DNA of 64,000 nucleotides from positions 64,497,819-64,561,818 of the forward strand of contig NC_068993.1 of assembly GCF_001194135.2 (NCBI RefSeq), read 5' to 3'. The notes under the pieces were generated by a model. That model worked only from the letters and a program-made list of their open reading frames with translations, ran no database searches and was not told where the DNA came from. Source of the DNA: Octopus bimaculoides. Lineage: Eukaryota. Below, piece after piece: positions 14,003 to 27,978 of the stretch. The translations under genes and the position numbers were made by a program. Every line of letters starts with the position of its first letter. Position 1 is the first letter of the stretch.

Positions 14003-14714
14003 ACAAACAAACAAAGAGAGAAAGAGAGAATGTTGCCTTTCCTTCTTTCCGGCAGATAAAACATACGCGCGTGTGTGTCTACACACAAACATACGCGCGC
14101 ATACATAGACACGTTATACACACAAACATGCGTGCGCATACATACGCACATATAATAAATCAACAGAAAATAGTATTTACTTGAGCACAAACTATTTCGA
14201 AAGGAGAGAATCTCCTGTCGGACCGTTTTACAGTTTGTTGACCACTTTTGTGAGAGAAGTCGTATTCGGTTTACTCAACCAATCAATAACCCAGTTCAGC
14301 TGTTTATAAAGCAGTCGCAGATTAGACTAGCAGATTAGTGGATAGTCAAATTTGCATCCTGTGCTTTTGACAATTTATCATTTATTAATATGCATTTTTG
14401 CACAACAATGTAAATCATAATGAGTCTACGTTGAATTGAATGTGTGTTTGGTTCTTTTGATGTGACAGAAAACATGTGAGTTTCTTGACTGACTGTGACT
14501 TGCTCTCATGAAGAATACGCTTGTGGGTCTGAGAATATATTTGTGTGTGTGTGTGTGTGTGTGTGTGATTGTTTGCAATTCAAATTCAAAACTTCATGCT
14601 TGTTATGAAATGTGATCAACAGACATGACAGCCAAACTTGAACAGTGAAATGAAAATGATGCTTGATGTGAAAGAGAGCGAGACTGAGGAAGATAGAGGG
14701 CTAGAGAGAGAGAG

Positions 14715-14751
<37 letters not shown>

Positions 14752-14961
14752 GGTGGGAAAGAAAGAAAGAAAAAAGTAAATTTTTAACCGGTCTCTTTCT
14801 TGCGCTGATGAGTGTTGAAGATGCTGGTATTACTGTTATTCATCGTCATCAAAATGGGGAGCGGGGAGAGGGGATCTCTGAATTAGAGCTGAGCCTAAAA
14901 CATAACTTTCATTGTTCTGGCTTATTTCAGGGACACAAAAGAAATGCTGTTACAAATTTGC

Positions 14962-14978
14962 ATCTCTCTCTCTCTCTT

Positions 14979-15047
<69 letters not shown>

Positions 15048-15061
15048 CTCTCTCTCTCTTC

Positions 15062-15123
<62 letters not shown>

Positions 15124-15125
15124 AT
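14962..15125. repeat. Compound (CT)n-(ATCT)n-(CT)n microsatellite
   Basis: Direct reading. Confidence 0.95.
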
Positions 15126-16054
15126 TTATCATTATTCATCGTCCCCTTTCTCACGTATTGTATCTTTTGGCACGTGTCCGGCTATCGGCGAAAACCTATT
15201 TACCATACAGTTCGTGCACGCACGCAGACACACACACACACACACAGAGGAGTGTGTTTGATATATCTGTGTATCTGCATGCATACATCCATAAACGTAT
15301 GCATATCTATCTGTCTATCTACCCTAAATACATATTTGTGTGTATGCATGTGTGTACATGCATTCACACACACATAAAATAGTACATTCGAAACAAAAAA
15401 GCCAAGCCCTCTTTAAACTTCTATTTCGGACGTCACATATCACGAGTAAATTTGAACTTCAAGTGACTCCGGAAGTGAAGTTGTTGGAAAAGGTCAAAAG
15501 CGGCGATGACTTTTCGGGTTAGGGTTAGTTTCATTTATTTATTTATTTATTTAAAAGTGCAGTCAAATGGAATGTCGACTTTCGAGACACCATTTTGGGG
15601 GACTTCGTACTACTTCATTGATGCTGCTCTTTCATCTATTAATTCACTTTCACCAACGTAAGCTTCCAGAGATATGCGCCAGCGAGCTATTTTCAGCATT
15701 GTCACTCAGCCTGCTAAAGGCAACAGCAAAATCCTTATTTGGATCATATATGATGCTTCGATACGTTGGTTAAATATTATTTATCGTCCTACATTAAGAA
15801 ATAAAGCGTTTATCTCTTTGAATGCATTTGTTCATAGATCCTTTAAGATCCATCTGGAATGAAGAAACCAGAAAGCATCCGTGCGTTCGAGATTCTAATG
15901 GCAGTCATTGTGCCACAGATTATTCTTAACTGGTTTAAATAAGGAAGGGAGAAATGTGTATTCGTAAATATACTCTTAATACATTCGTACATATACGTGT
16001 GTGTAGCGTGTATGTGTGTTTCTCTGCCTCTGTGTGCGCATGTATACACACTCT

Positions 16055-16086
<32 letters not shown>

Positions 16087-16684
16087 TATGTATATATANN
16101 NNNNNNNNNNNNNNNNNNNNNNNNNNNNNNNNNNNNNNNNNNNNNNNNNNNNNNNNNNNNNNNNNNNNNNNNNNNNNNNNNNNNNNNNNNNNNNNNNNNN
16201 NNNNNNNNNNNNNNNNNNNNNNNNNNNNNNNNNNNNNNNNNNNNNNNNNNNNNNNNNNNNNNNNNNNNNNNNNNNNNNNNNNNNNNNNNNNNNNNNNNNN
16301 NNNNNNNNNNNNNNNNNNNNNATCTACCAAATTTCTCTCTGTCGAAAACAGAATCTGTAAGACACTGCTCAGTCCAAGAATAATAACTGTGAAACTGCTT
16401 ACTATGTCTTAGGATACAAATCTGCCTTTAATGTATATCAGTGTATGCAGGCAGTGTTACAGTTTTTGGCATATTAAAAAAAGAAAAAAGATAACATGAA
16501 GATAAATAAAAAGTAAATTGGTAAATTTTGGCAGCGACATGAGTCTTAAGTCTGTTGCAGCAAAAGAAAAGAAAAGGAAAATCCCATGAAAAGAAAAAAT
16601 AACAGAAAGTAAGTTTAATCTGATGACTGCATTCCTCAGAGTTGTGGCACCGCGATGTTATAAATTTTGTGAACACGCACGGGC

Positions 16685-16726
<42 letters not shown>

Positions 16727-16954
16727 GCGCGCACATCAAGTATGAATATGAAGATATGGCTAACAAACACGTCAATGTTTACAAACTAATAAGATTTTTG
16801 AATGTTCAATATGTTTGGTGGTGGTGGTGGGATGACATAAGTTTTGGTAGCAGCAGTGGCTATACAGTTGTTGATCTTACTGTTGTTGTTGTCAATGATA
16901 GTAGATAGTTAAGAACTGTAAAATAATAAAACACGTGGTATTACATTTTTTGAA

Positions 16955-17110
16955 GTTTCTTGACGTCTTCAGTTCAAATCCCGTTGGGAAGCGACTTCAC
17001 AGTTTCTCATTTCGTCTTACACACTACCTCTACTTGGTCGCTCGGCTTGCTTGAAATAGCAGCGAAGGTATCTCAAATTACACTCTAGTATCTTAGAAAA
17101 AGGGGAAAAA
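16955..17110 (+). mobile_element. SINE with family B-like head and different 3' part (pieces also near 11120-11180, 22545-22600, 28360-28460)
   Basis: CAGTTCAAATCCCG B-box followed by GGTCGCTCGGCTTGCTTGAAATAGCAGC, which resembles GTAGTCGCTTGACTTGCTAGAAATAG at 11122-11147. Confidence 0.55.
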
Positions 17111-17608
17111 TGGGGAATGTGGTCCCTGGTTCCTGGCATACATAATTAATTTAAAATCGCATTTTGTATACTTAACATGGACATAGAATAGAAAGCTATA
17201 AGACTGCGGTATTCGTCCCGAGGATTCATCTTGTAAAGGGGTAGAGTGCTAAAAGGCACAGAAGTACATGAATAGCAGACGAAATGTATCCCGCAGCAGT
17301 GATGGGATCGCTAAATCTAGATTTCTGGTTCTTTGAACGTCGTCAGTAGCAAGTACCCACTAACAACCTCATGCATAAAAAAAAATTAGCCTCTACCGGT
17401 GTAGAAAAGAATAGTGATTAACAGATTATTGGTGTCTCAAAGAGATGATAAGCTTGGTAAATATTGGAAGCAGAAATCTAGATTTAGCAATTCCATCACC
17501 GCTAACAGACTCTTTCCGTCTGCTGCTGAGACGACGCTTTTTGCACTATATGCTTAAAATAAATGTTTTCTCGAGACGAATACTGCAGTTCTGTGGCTTT
17601 CTACAGTG

Positions 17609-17822
17609 TATCCACGTCTAGAAAGAAATGCAGGGCGCTGTTTAAGCAAAATTACGTTGGTTACGGCGAGAATACTTTTGACGTTGACAGATCCCAGTAC
17701 TTCATAACAAATCTAGGCTTAGCAAACAGCAACGACAATTCTGGTTCCAGTGATGCCAAAAACGGAGATTACTCACTTACAAGCATTCGCACCATCCTTG
17801 CATTTCTTTCTAGGCCTGTGTA
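17609..17822. mobile_element. MITE with TA flanks (Tc1/mariner-type, inferred)
   Basis: Perfect 15-nt inverted repeat CTAGAAAGAAATGCA (17618-32) / TGCATTTCTTTCTAG (17799-813), degenerate outer arms, TA at 17609-10 and 17821-22. Confidence 0.6.
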
Positions 17823-18090
17823 TTTTCTTTTGATAATGACCAGATGTATAGCTTGACAGGTTTCGCGTAAGTGTGAAAAACAGGGTTACAAGATCAGCAG
17901 AACAATATCACCTGATTACATGATTAAAGTATTAAACCGAGAAATATGAAAATAGAGAAAATAAGTACCATTCATATTACACTACACCTATCCAAAATTG
18001 GGTCATCGAGTGCAAATGCTAAAGCTACTTCCAAGGAGATGACTCAACGCTAAACAACAGCAGCGACATCTATGATAGGGAAGAATATGT

Positions 18091-18144
18091 GATATGGTAT
18101 GATATGGTATGATATGGTATGATATGGTATGGTATGATATGGTA
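18091..18144. repeat. (GATATGGTAT)n decamer repeat
   Basis: Four perfect units at 18091-18130 plus partial units. Confidence 0.95.
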
Positions 18145-18399
18145 GTAAGGAATGATTTCAGAACTAGGAAAGCACTGGGAGAGCGCTGACCTCCGCCAAG
18201 CAGCTCATTTCCACCCATAGACACGCATGCTGAACATCGCCCAATTTCCCAAACCAACGTCGGCAAAAGCATAACCTCCTCCCATACTTATCTCGACCAT
18301 CGTCATCATCAACACCGTCTCTGCTTTCACCACAATCAGTTTCTTTACACAGTTGAAAAAGATATAACAGAGGTTATAGGATAGAAATTAGAGAAATAA

Positions 18400-18780
18400 A
18401 TTGATAAATAGAATCCCCAACAGCGGAACCGTCCACTTAGGGAGATTTGGGATATACCCCACGGAAAAATCTCGAATTACTCTGCCATCCCTAAGGCATG
18501 GGAAAGCGCCCTCTTCCTCTTACTGGAAAAACATACTCAGAATCGGTTCAGTCAGTCTCACTAGACTTACCACTGTAGACGACCTTTTGATAAACAGACT
18601 AAAAGGCAGCACTTTCCTTTCTATCGCCCTCTTCCTCTTCAAATGATATTTGAAGAAATTGATGAAGGCTTGGCCAGATAGGAATACGCCTGTCTTCAAA
18701 CCTTTCAAACGAGTCCATCAGACAACCTCTTTTGTCAAGTTGTGACCTGTAGGCACAAAAGGCTTCAAACCTGTCGAGGA
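18400..18780 (-). mobile_element. L1/Tx1-clade LINE 3' fragment
   Basis: KEVV*WTRLKGLKTGVFLSGQAFINFFKYHLKRKRAIERKVLP is homologous to the 48030-48170 segment. Confidence 0.8.
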
Positions 18781-18784
18781 AGAG

Positions 18785-18937
18785 GTCGAGTTGATTACAT
18801 TGACCGCAGTGCTCAACTATAATTTCATTGATCCAGAACGATTGAAGCCGACCTCGGTGGAATTTGAACTCAGAGCGTAAAGATGGAAGAAATGCCACTA
18901 AGCATTTCGTCCGGCGTGCTAACGATTATGCCAGCTC
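18785..18937 (-). mobile_element. SINE family B
   Basis: GACCTCGGTGGAATTTGAACTCAGAGCGTAAAG...CTAAGCATTTCGTCCGGCGTGCTAACGATT. Confidence 0.8.
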
Positions 18938-21425
18938 TGAGGAGGACAATGACGAAGAAGAAATAAAGTAGTAGGAAAAGAAAAAAAAGAAAGAGGAGAA
19001 AGGGGGAGGAGGAGGAAGAATAAATTTTTTAGATAAATTGAAACAAAACAAAACAAATATATTTTTTAGCCTAATGAAATGTTTTGAATTCATTAATTTC
19101 GGTCTGTGGATTGTGTGTGAAACTTTATTTTCTTGTAAGAGACGAAGGAAATGGGAAATTTAGGTTAAACATCTTGAAACAAACAGGAAAGGAAAAGTAT
19201 TTAAATATAAAATGAAATTTGTATGTGTGTGTATATATATATGTGTATAAAATGTATATATACTCACACACACACACACACACACACGCACATATATATT
19301 TGCATGCATACATACATACATACATACACACATGTATATATTTGCATACATACATACATATAGTTAACAACGTTGTAGTCCCCCCCAGCAAAACACAATC
19401 ACACCTACACACACACCACACACACTTTAGAACTTTCATTATAAACACACAAACAATAAACGCAAAATAACAAATAACATTTCCCTAGAGCAAGTAAATT
19501 TGTTTTGCAAGACGTGTTTGTTTTTATTTTCTTGAAATTATCTCCCCTTTTCTCTGAGCGTCTTTACCAATTAACGCCAGGGTTTTACTTTCTCCAACTA
19601 AAAGGGAAATTTCAATTACGAATAATTTGTTTGTTTGTTTCTTTCTTCTTGCTTTCTTTACGACAGTTATTCAGTACATATTAAGTTGTTTTAAGAAATA
19701 TAACTGGTCCTAAGTCGTTGTTGTCTACCCCAGGTCAGCTTTGTTAGAGTAGGCAGACTTTTGATCAAAATCATTCAGGTCATGCCCTCCATGTTTTTTC
19801 TCCCACCAAATGCATCTACGATTGCATAAATGCTTCTTGTTAAATATGACATGATTTAACCACTATCTCTAGCATGTCGAGATGTCTGAGTCTGGAACTC
19901 GCTTTACATGATGTGCATATGTTCGTGCGTGTATACGTGTGTGTACGCGTGTGTGTCTATGCCAGAGAAAGCATCTGTGCGCACTTGTGTGCATGGCTAT
20001 GCGGACGTATGCGTGCGCGTGCGTGTGTGTGCGTGTGTATGTATATCAAGCATAGTATAGGAACGATTTTGTAATCTGAGCGTCCCTTTCATTACAGCCA
20101 AATGGCTTTCAAATTAAAAGCATCTCAAAAACATTTTCTGTTTATATCAAAACATTTGTTGAATAAACATTTTGGGCAACATTTATATTTTGGCATTTTT
20201 TCGAGTCTACTGTGTATGTGTGTGTGTGAGAGAGAGAGAGAGAAGGGGGGAGAGAGAGAGAGAGAGAGAGAGGGGGAGGGAGGGAAACAGTGTGTGCGCG
20301 CGTGCGTGAGCGCATTTGTGCTTCTATATATCCGAGCTGTGTGTAAATTCTGCCGGGCTTTGCTCATCAGCTTGGCAATTACTTTTGAAAGTAGAAATAA
20401 CTCTGTACATACATAGGTGAACACACATAAACAGACACATATCAACGTTCAGATACGTACACACACATACGCATACAGACATACATACATACATACGCAC
20501 ACATACACATACAGCCATATATATATGTATATAGCCATATATTTGTGTGCCTGTATGTAAGTATTTATGTGTGCGCGTGTGTGTGTGTATGTCGAGAGAG
20601 AGAGAGAGAGAAATGTATATATATAACTATATATATATGTATATATATATATATATATTGTACACAAGCACGCTCACACACACACACACACACACACACA
20701 CATAAATACATACACACAGAAGCATACCCATAGACGCACACACACACACACAGATATACATGTACAGAAATGAAAAGTTAATTTTCCCCTCAAATCAGTT
20801 TCATTGTTTCTAATCTTGGAATCCCTTCAAATCCTAAACCGCTTCTTTGTAACTGCTAACCTCATTTTTATATATTTTGTGAAACAACTGTAAACTGTTT
20901 TTTCTTTGAACTTCCCACTTCTTATCAAATTAAAGCGAAGATGCATTACAAACGCAGCTTTATTTTATTCTTTCATTTGTCATTATTGCCATTATTTGTC
21001 GATTTCTTTTCTCCTTTGATAGAATAATTTTTTCGCATTTGTATCACGTATTTTTCTGTTCTTTTACTTTTTACATCTATAAATGCGAAACCTTTCCACG
21101 TATATTTATGAGAAACAACTAAATTTTCGGAAGGATATTCATCCTGAAACCCCTAACAAAATTACGTTTCATTTTTTTTTTAATGTTTATATTTTGTTCT
21201 AGTTTTTCATTATTATTTCACAAGCAGAAGGAAAACGGTTAAAGAAAGACATTCTTTTGTGAGAATTTTTAAAAGTTTTTCTCTGGTTTCAATTATTGGA
21301 ATGTGGTTGTGTTGGCTGCCATTTCAGTTAAGGGTCTTAGTTTATGTCGCCACCCTGCGACATTGCACTTCCTTCTGTATTGTACTTGTTTCATCAAGTT
21401 TTATTTGGTGCTTCATTGCGCTCTG

Positions 21426-21426
<1 letters not shown>

Positions 21427-21510
<84 letters not shown>
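21427..21510. repeat. (TG)n microsatellite
   Basis: Direct reading. Confidence 0.98.
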
Positions 21511-21514
<4 letters not shown>

Positions 21515-23410
21515 AAGGGTTCGTCTCCGCATACACGGACAAGCAAGTTTCGTGAAATACAACGTTTCGAAGAATATTCTGGACCAGCAGAAGTCCAAAT
21601 TAGCAATTCTATGGCACCGATAAAAACAGTCCTCCTACATGCATGCATGCATATATATATGTGTATTGTGTGAATACATATATATTCATGTAAACACACA
21701 GGAATATAAAACCAGATAGGAGGGAATGGCATTGGAAATATTGAAGATCTTTTGCACGTGATATATACAACTATATATACACTTGTCTATATAAGAGCGG
21801 AAGAATAACAGAGTAAGAATTTCAACATTTCGAATACATATACACACACGCACACATATATACCATTTGCACACAGATTATGAAAGAAGACGAATCAGAT
21901 TTAAACGTCAATTTAGTTCACATAAAGAAGTAGATGACGTTAATTAATATATTTATGATTTCGATAATTTCCGTGACTTTTCTATTAATATAGACAGAAA
22001 TATATGATTGGGGAATGGGGATAAGCTCCATGTAATTGTGTTGTTGTTGCTGTTGTTTATTACCAGGTCCGGAATATCTTGAGATGTCTGTTCCGACCTT
22101 GCTGACGAGGCTGCCAACGATTCTGGTTTTAAACTTTATTGACATTTGCATTTTCTGCGTACATAAATAGTCGCGTGGCGACTGGAAAATTGCACCCATG
22201 GACTACAATTGCTCTTCCATACGAAAAACCTTATCCAGGTTTTTCTCGTAGAACTTTACGGGTGCATATCCATAGACTCAGGAGGCGCGAGAAAGTTTCT
22301 AATGTATATAACCTTCTGTCGGCCCTGAACGAGCATACTCTAAGGGACCAAAATCATTTCAACTATAACTATCCCTTCTGATTCTTTAGTAATAATGTAA
22401 CCCAGACTACAATATCCAATTGTTGTTATCAAATAGTTTTATGTGTTTGTCGTAAAACTCTGCGTCTCAAGAAGTTGATTTATACTGCTATAATGAATTA
22501 GAAACGCAGATTGTCAACTTTTCAAAACAGTAAGTTGAGGTTTAGGGATGTTTTGGCTACTATCTCTAGCATATCAAGCATCCATGTAGATACTCCCACG
22601 TTGCCTCGTTCTGTAATGCCTTGTTTAACTCAGACGTATTCTCACTATTGACCATATTAACAATAAGCACAATGCTATCGAGATTCTATTCAATCCCCAG
22701 ATCTTTTTCTACTCCGGTACATCAGCGTTAAGAAATTAAACCCATAAAATCGAATCCCGAACGATTGATTGTTTGTCGATTTGATAACCATTTTATATCT
22801 CCCAGTTCTCACCATGTTGTATTGATCGTAAAATTAACACAGATTTATTTCTTCACAACAAACTATGAGAGAAAGGGCTTAAATGGGAAATGAAGTTTAC
22901 TATGCATCCTACACTTCCCGGGTAAAGAATTATTGTGGCTTAATAGTAACGCTTTATTCTTGTTAATCTTGTTCCGGTTGAACATTAAAAGATTTTTTAT
23001 CACTTTCGCCATTTTGTCCATCGTTATATTTATTCATATCAATATTCTCCAGTGGATACCATATCATATTGTGGGATATTAGAGAAGTGAAGAATTAAGC
23101 CAGAAAGAGAAACTATATATAAAATTGCTAATTTGTTTAGCTAATATGCTAATAAACCCTACAATTCATATCTTCAGCATAGGAAAAATTATTCGACCTG
23201 GGAAATATTTCGCCTCAAATTTGATTCCCCCAACGAAAACATCCTAGATATAATACCACCACAAAATACATACATTTACCCCTGATTTCTCTCTCTTTCT
23301 CTCTTTCTGTTCCTGTGTGTTTATGAGCCGTCGTGATGCGTGGGTGTGCATTTTACAAGGAATATTTTCATAGACATCAAAATAACAAACATTAACAGAA
23401 TTAAAGACTC

Positions 23411-23565
23411 ATCAAACCCGGTTCAACTAGTATTTATTTCATCGACGCCGAAAGAATGAAAGACCAAGCCGATTTCGGAATCATTTGAACTCAGAACGTA
23501 AAGACAGACAAAATGCTACTAAGCACTTTCTCCGACGCGCTAACGATTCTGCCAGCGCGCCGCCT
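23411..23565 (-). mobile_element. SINE family B
   Basis: ATCGACGCCGAAAGAATGAAAG...TTTGAACTCAGAACGTAAAGACAGAC...GCTAACGATTCTGCCAGC. Confidence 0.8.
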
Positions 23566-24973
23566 ATATGCATACATCTATATTGATAATAGTTTATGAG
23601 GGAGGAACTCATAGACTATTGGTTATACTTCGCGGGTCGATGGGGAACTTAACATATTACCTTCTGAATTTCTCTGCTATTATTGTATCGAACATTCACT
23701 TCGTCATAGAGTTCTCTTCCAGGAATTTATACGAAGAAATATTTTTTGTTATAATTTCTGAAATATTTAACTCAATTACATGGACTTACCTGCCCCACAC
23801 GAAACTGCTGGCCTTGTAGCAAAATATGAAATTGATGTGTACATGTATGATGTTATGTACACTCACACATATAGAATATATATATATAACATGACATGAT
23901 AATTGTATCCACCATGATAAAACTTACTGTGACAAACAGTAATTTTTGTGCTATATTATACAATGTCTAGAAATACACACTTACACATTCTACTTCTAAT
24001 TTGAATCCATAATTTAGCTTCATATTATTCGCCTTCTAATTAAGCAAGCTGGATTAAAATACTTAAACTATTTCTTCGTGTCAAACAATTTGTGACACAC
24101 CCGTAATGAGTCACAACATCGATCTATTTTACAAATATATTATTATTATTATCTATGTGTGTGTGTGTGTGTCTGTCTGTCTAAACACACATATACTCAT
24201 GCTGATTTAACGACTAGAATATCAATTAACCCAGTTTAAGTTTAGCTGCTGATAACTGAATTCTCATGCCAAGACATGAAACAGAAAATTTAACAAAACT
24301 TTTACTATACATGTAGATTTTTGATTGCAGCATAAATTATCGATAAACAGCGACAGAATAGAAAGTCAATAGAAAGTTATCTTAATGAATATCGTTCTTA
24401 ATACGACTTTTTTTTTTTGCGACTCTTGTTATTTTGTGTAAACATTGATATCGCCAACTTCATAATTTCACCAGATCGGTCAGACATCCAGGAAATCTTC
24501 AAGGCAACGATCTAAGTATTTATAGAAAACGAAATCTCTGTTTTCCACAACTCTAAAAACAAAAACAAAAAAAAAACTAAATTGATTAAAACACATTAAG
24601 AAAAAAATCAATAACAGCACATCAAAGAGTTTTTGAGACAAACAAGAACACGGAGTTTGATAACTGGGACATATGATGTATCATAACCAAATCTTCTAAA
24701 AACGGAGAAAAAAAAAAAGATCGAGGATTTTAATTAGAGTTAGCTGATTATTCTAATGAATAAAGGTATTTGCTTGAATAACATCACATATTAAAGCTAT
24801 TGCAGGTGAATGTACATTCGCAAAACTGAAAGTATTTTGTTTTATATATTTTATATCGCATGTGGTAAATAATAGCGTCGTTAGATACAATTTTCGACAA
24901 ATACCATAAGAAAACAATGTTTTGAACGCGGTGCTTTAGTTTCCGAATGCAATGTTGCAAAAAGTCCAGATTG

Positions 24974-25013
<40 letters not shown>

Positions 25014-25043
25014 NNNNNNNNNNNNNNNNNNNNNNNNNNNNNN

Positions 25044-25093
<50 letters not shown>

Positions 25094-26970
25094 TCAAATA
25101 TGAATAAAAAGCAGCTCCAGGGATATAAACAATATCGAACACACATACTTGAGTAATGTATTTTGTTAGTTCACGGATAGGCTGCGCTTATAGGCGTAAG
25201 AGAATATATACCCTTACGCCTACCCATGAACTAAAAAGACACTTACCTTAACACGGGATAGTTTAGAAAATCTAGTCCGAGATTCCCACCCAACAAGTCA
25301 GTAAGAAGACTCAACATCAATAATTTTAGCTGTCTTTGAATTGTTATCTTTATATTTCAGAATCTCTATTGATTTTCTCTAAATATTATAGGTTCTTACG
25401 GTAAATGGAAAAACTTCGAACAGCTGCTATTAGGCAAGAAATTGGTTGACAAAATCTCGTACAATAAACATTGAAATACTTTTTAAATTATAGAAGATAA
25501 CTAACAAGGTCAATTGATAAAAACAGTTTTATATGGTCGTGTTTGTTCCTTTCTCTGCTTAAAAACAGGGGCTCGTTAGTCTGCCCCCATGACTTATTGT
25601 TTTTACATAACCGACAATAAAGTAAGTACCAAATAATTACTGGGTCCAGTTTATTCGAATAAAACCCTATTAAGTGGTGTTCCAGCACGGCCACAATCCA
25701 AAGTAAAAAAATAAAGAAAATATAGACAGTGTAGATTAGGGAAGATTGGGTATGGCGGTAGTCACAGAATGAGTGAATGCTACACCACCAGTGGCAGTCA
25801 ACAAGCAAGTAATGCTAGGTCATGTGATAGACTAGTAAAATAGATGTCACTTTAATGGGATAATCATCCGTTAATAATCGTTCCTCTCATCTAGGTTAGT
25901 TGTTTACATATTTTCCCTTGCTCTTACACTTGTTGTTATTGCCATTGCTTGAAATTATTGTTCAGTTTCTTTTTCTTTTTCTTTTTTTTTTTTTTGGTTT
26001 TTTTGGTTTATGGCGCTCAGATGTGGTTCATGTTTATTTTCTCTCTCTCCCCCCACAATTTCCTTTTTATCACTGACGCTTCTACTGTTTGTGTCATTGG
26101 ATTATGGTGGCTGAGTTTCTCTTGCCTGTATTGTTGTTGTTGTTGTTCCTATGCTACTGCGAGTGTGGTTGTTGTCGTTCCAGATTTGCCCTTCCTTACA
26201 GTAATGGAGGGAAAAGGATGGAGATAGTAGGAGGTGTAGGAAGCAAGGTAGAGAGAGAGGGGGGTCGAAATAGATGACATTGGTTTTGACAGAGGAGAAA
26301 ATAAATGAGGATAAATGTTCATAGGGTGTAATGGAAGTAAGTTTGGCAGCGCTACTGTAATAGTAGTAGTAGTAGTAGTAGTAGTAGAAGTTGTAGTAGA
26401 AGTTGCAGTAGTAGTGGTAGTAGTGGTGGTGGTGGTGCTGGTGGTGGTGATGCTGCTGCTGCTTCTAGCAGCAGCAGGCGTTGTTAGTATTGGAAGACAA
26501 GAAGGCCATCTGGTTTTTCGACAGCAAACTTTAGTAGGTCACAAAAACGCTATATTTTCATTCCTTGTGAGTTTGTAATACTGACTATGAACAAGCCAAC
26601 CAGCATGCAACCTGCTAATGAAGCCCTCTTGGTTCACATACTCATCATCCCCTCGCTACACCTACTGTGCCTTAACCTTGAAACCTGCACCGACCACTAA
26701 CAACTATTTTCTTTTCCATAATATTTCTCAATTCTTATTAAGCCTCCACTAAACAACAACTTCTGGAGCTTTGAAACTCTAATCCCCCCCCCCCAATGGT
26801 TTTCCTATCTCTGTTAAAGTTTATCCTCGAATTATATATTGATCCGGCAAAGCTATCACCAAAGGCGTTCCCGCTGTAACAATCCCTCTTTTGTTTTCCA
26901 TTCTGAACCCTCGATGGGCCTTTTCTGTGCATGTGTATGTGTTGTGGGAAGTGTGTGTGCTACAAAATCA

Positions 26971-27978
26971 GTAGTGGTGCCCCCCCCCCACCCAGGTACT
27001 GTGTTGGGCCCACTCATCTTCATCATTTACATAAACGGCATAGTAGATGTCATCAAACATTCTACATTGAAAACCCTTGCAGATAATTCCAAACTCCAGA
27101 AAGTCATAAACGGCATGAGAGACCGAACATGCCTTCAGTCAAATCTGTTTGCTATTGTCCAATGGGAGGCAAAAAACAATATACTTTTAATGAAGATAAA
27201 TTTGATCCACTATGGGAAAGAGGAAACTTTGAAATTACCATATGCTCTTCCCTCGGGTGACTCCCTAATGTCATCCAACAACACCAGAGGTCTTGGAGTA
27301 ATTGTTGATAACAAACTAAGCTGGAGTTCCCACGTAAACAACAAGGCTGACTTGGCCCGCAAGATGTGCTCCTGGATTTTAAGAACTTTCCGGTCTAGAG
27401 ATGCCTACTCCATCATCCTTCTCTGCTCTACTTCTGCCCGACCGCACCTTCAGTACTGTTGCCCACTGAGGTCTCCCCATACGAAGTAACTCATTATAAA
27501 AGTAGAAGCACTCCAGGGTTCCATAACAAGAAAGATAGACAGCATGAGAGGCATTGATTATTGGGGTCGACTAAAAAAACTCAATCTCTACTCTCTCTAA
27601 CGCCGCTAGGAGCGTTACATCATTTGTGTTATGTGGAAAATATTCCATCAATATTGCACAAATGATGTTGGCATCAGTTTTAAAATCCATCCAAGAATTG
27701 GCCCCCGTGCTATCCGCCCACTACAAAAATAGAACTTGGTACACATAACAACATTACGTCACAATTACTTTACCTCAACCAGAACAGCTCTATTTAATAT
27801 CATGCCAAAATACGTCAACCTCCTACATCCGGACATGTCTCAACCAATAACAACCCTTTGCTAGAGTGAGCTATGGTGCTCCATATATGAATAAAGGACT
27901 TCAACAGGTGGTGCTATTAAGTTAGACATGACCTGGACCTATACTGGCCGGAAGCTATCAAAGTTATCAAAGCTATGA
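26971..27978 (+). mobile_element. CR1-type LINE, 5'-truncated (RT C-terminus, 3' UTR, tandem tail)
   Basis: Translation GTVLGPLIFIIYIN...LADNSKL (degenerate YADD region)...LSWSSHV...RPHLQYCCPLRSPH, then KVEALQ...RKIDSMRGIDYWGRLKKLNLYSL with in-frame stops. Ends in three 9-mer repeats AAGCTATCA/AAGTTATCA/AAGCTATGA (27952-27978). Confidence 0.88.

Noticed and set aside
22065-22170. Possible acceptor plus open frame GPEYLEMSVPTLLTRLP, with CTGACGA at about 22106
   Set aside because: No donor or domain support, and no GAAA or stems for a hammerhead.
26340-26480. Poly-Val/Leu/Ala ORF resembling a transmembrane peptide
   Set aside because: Compound (GTA)/(GTG)/(GCT) trinucleotide microsatellite.
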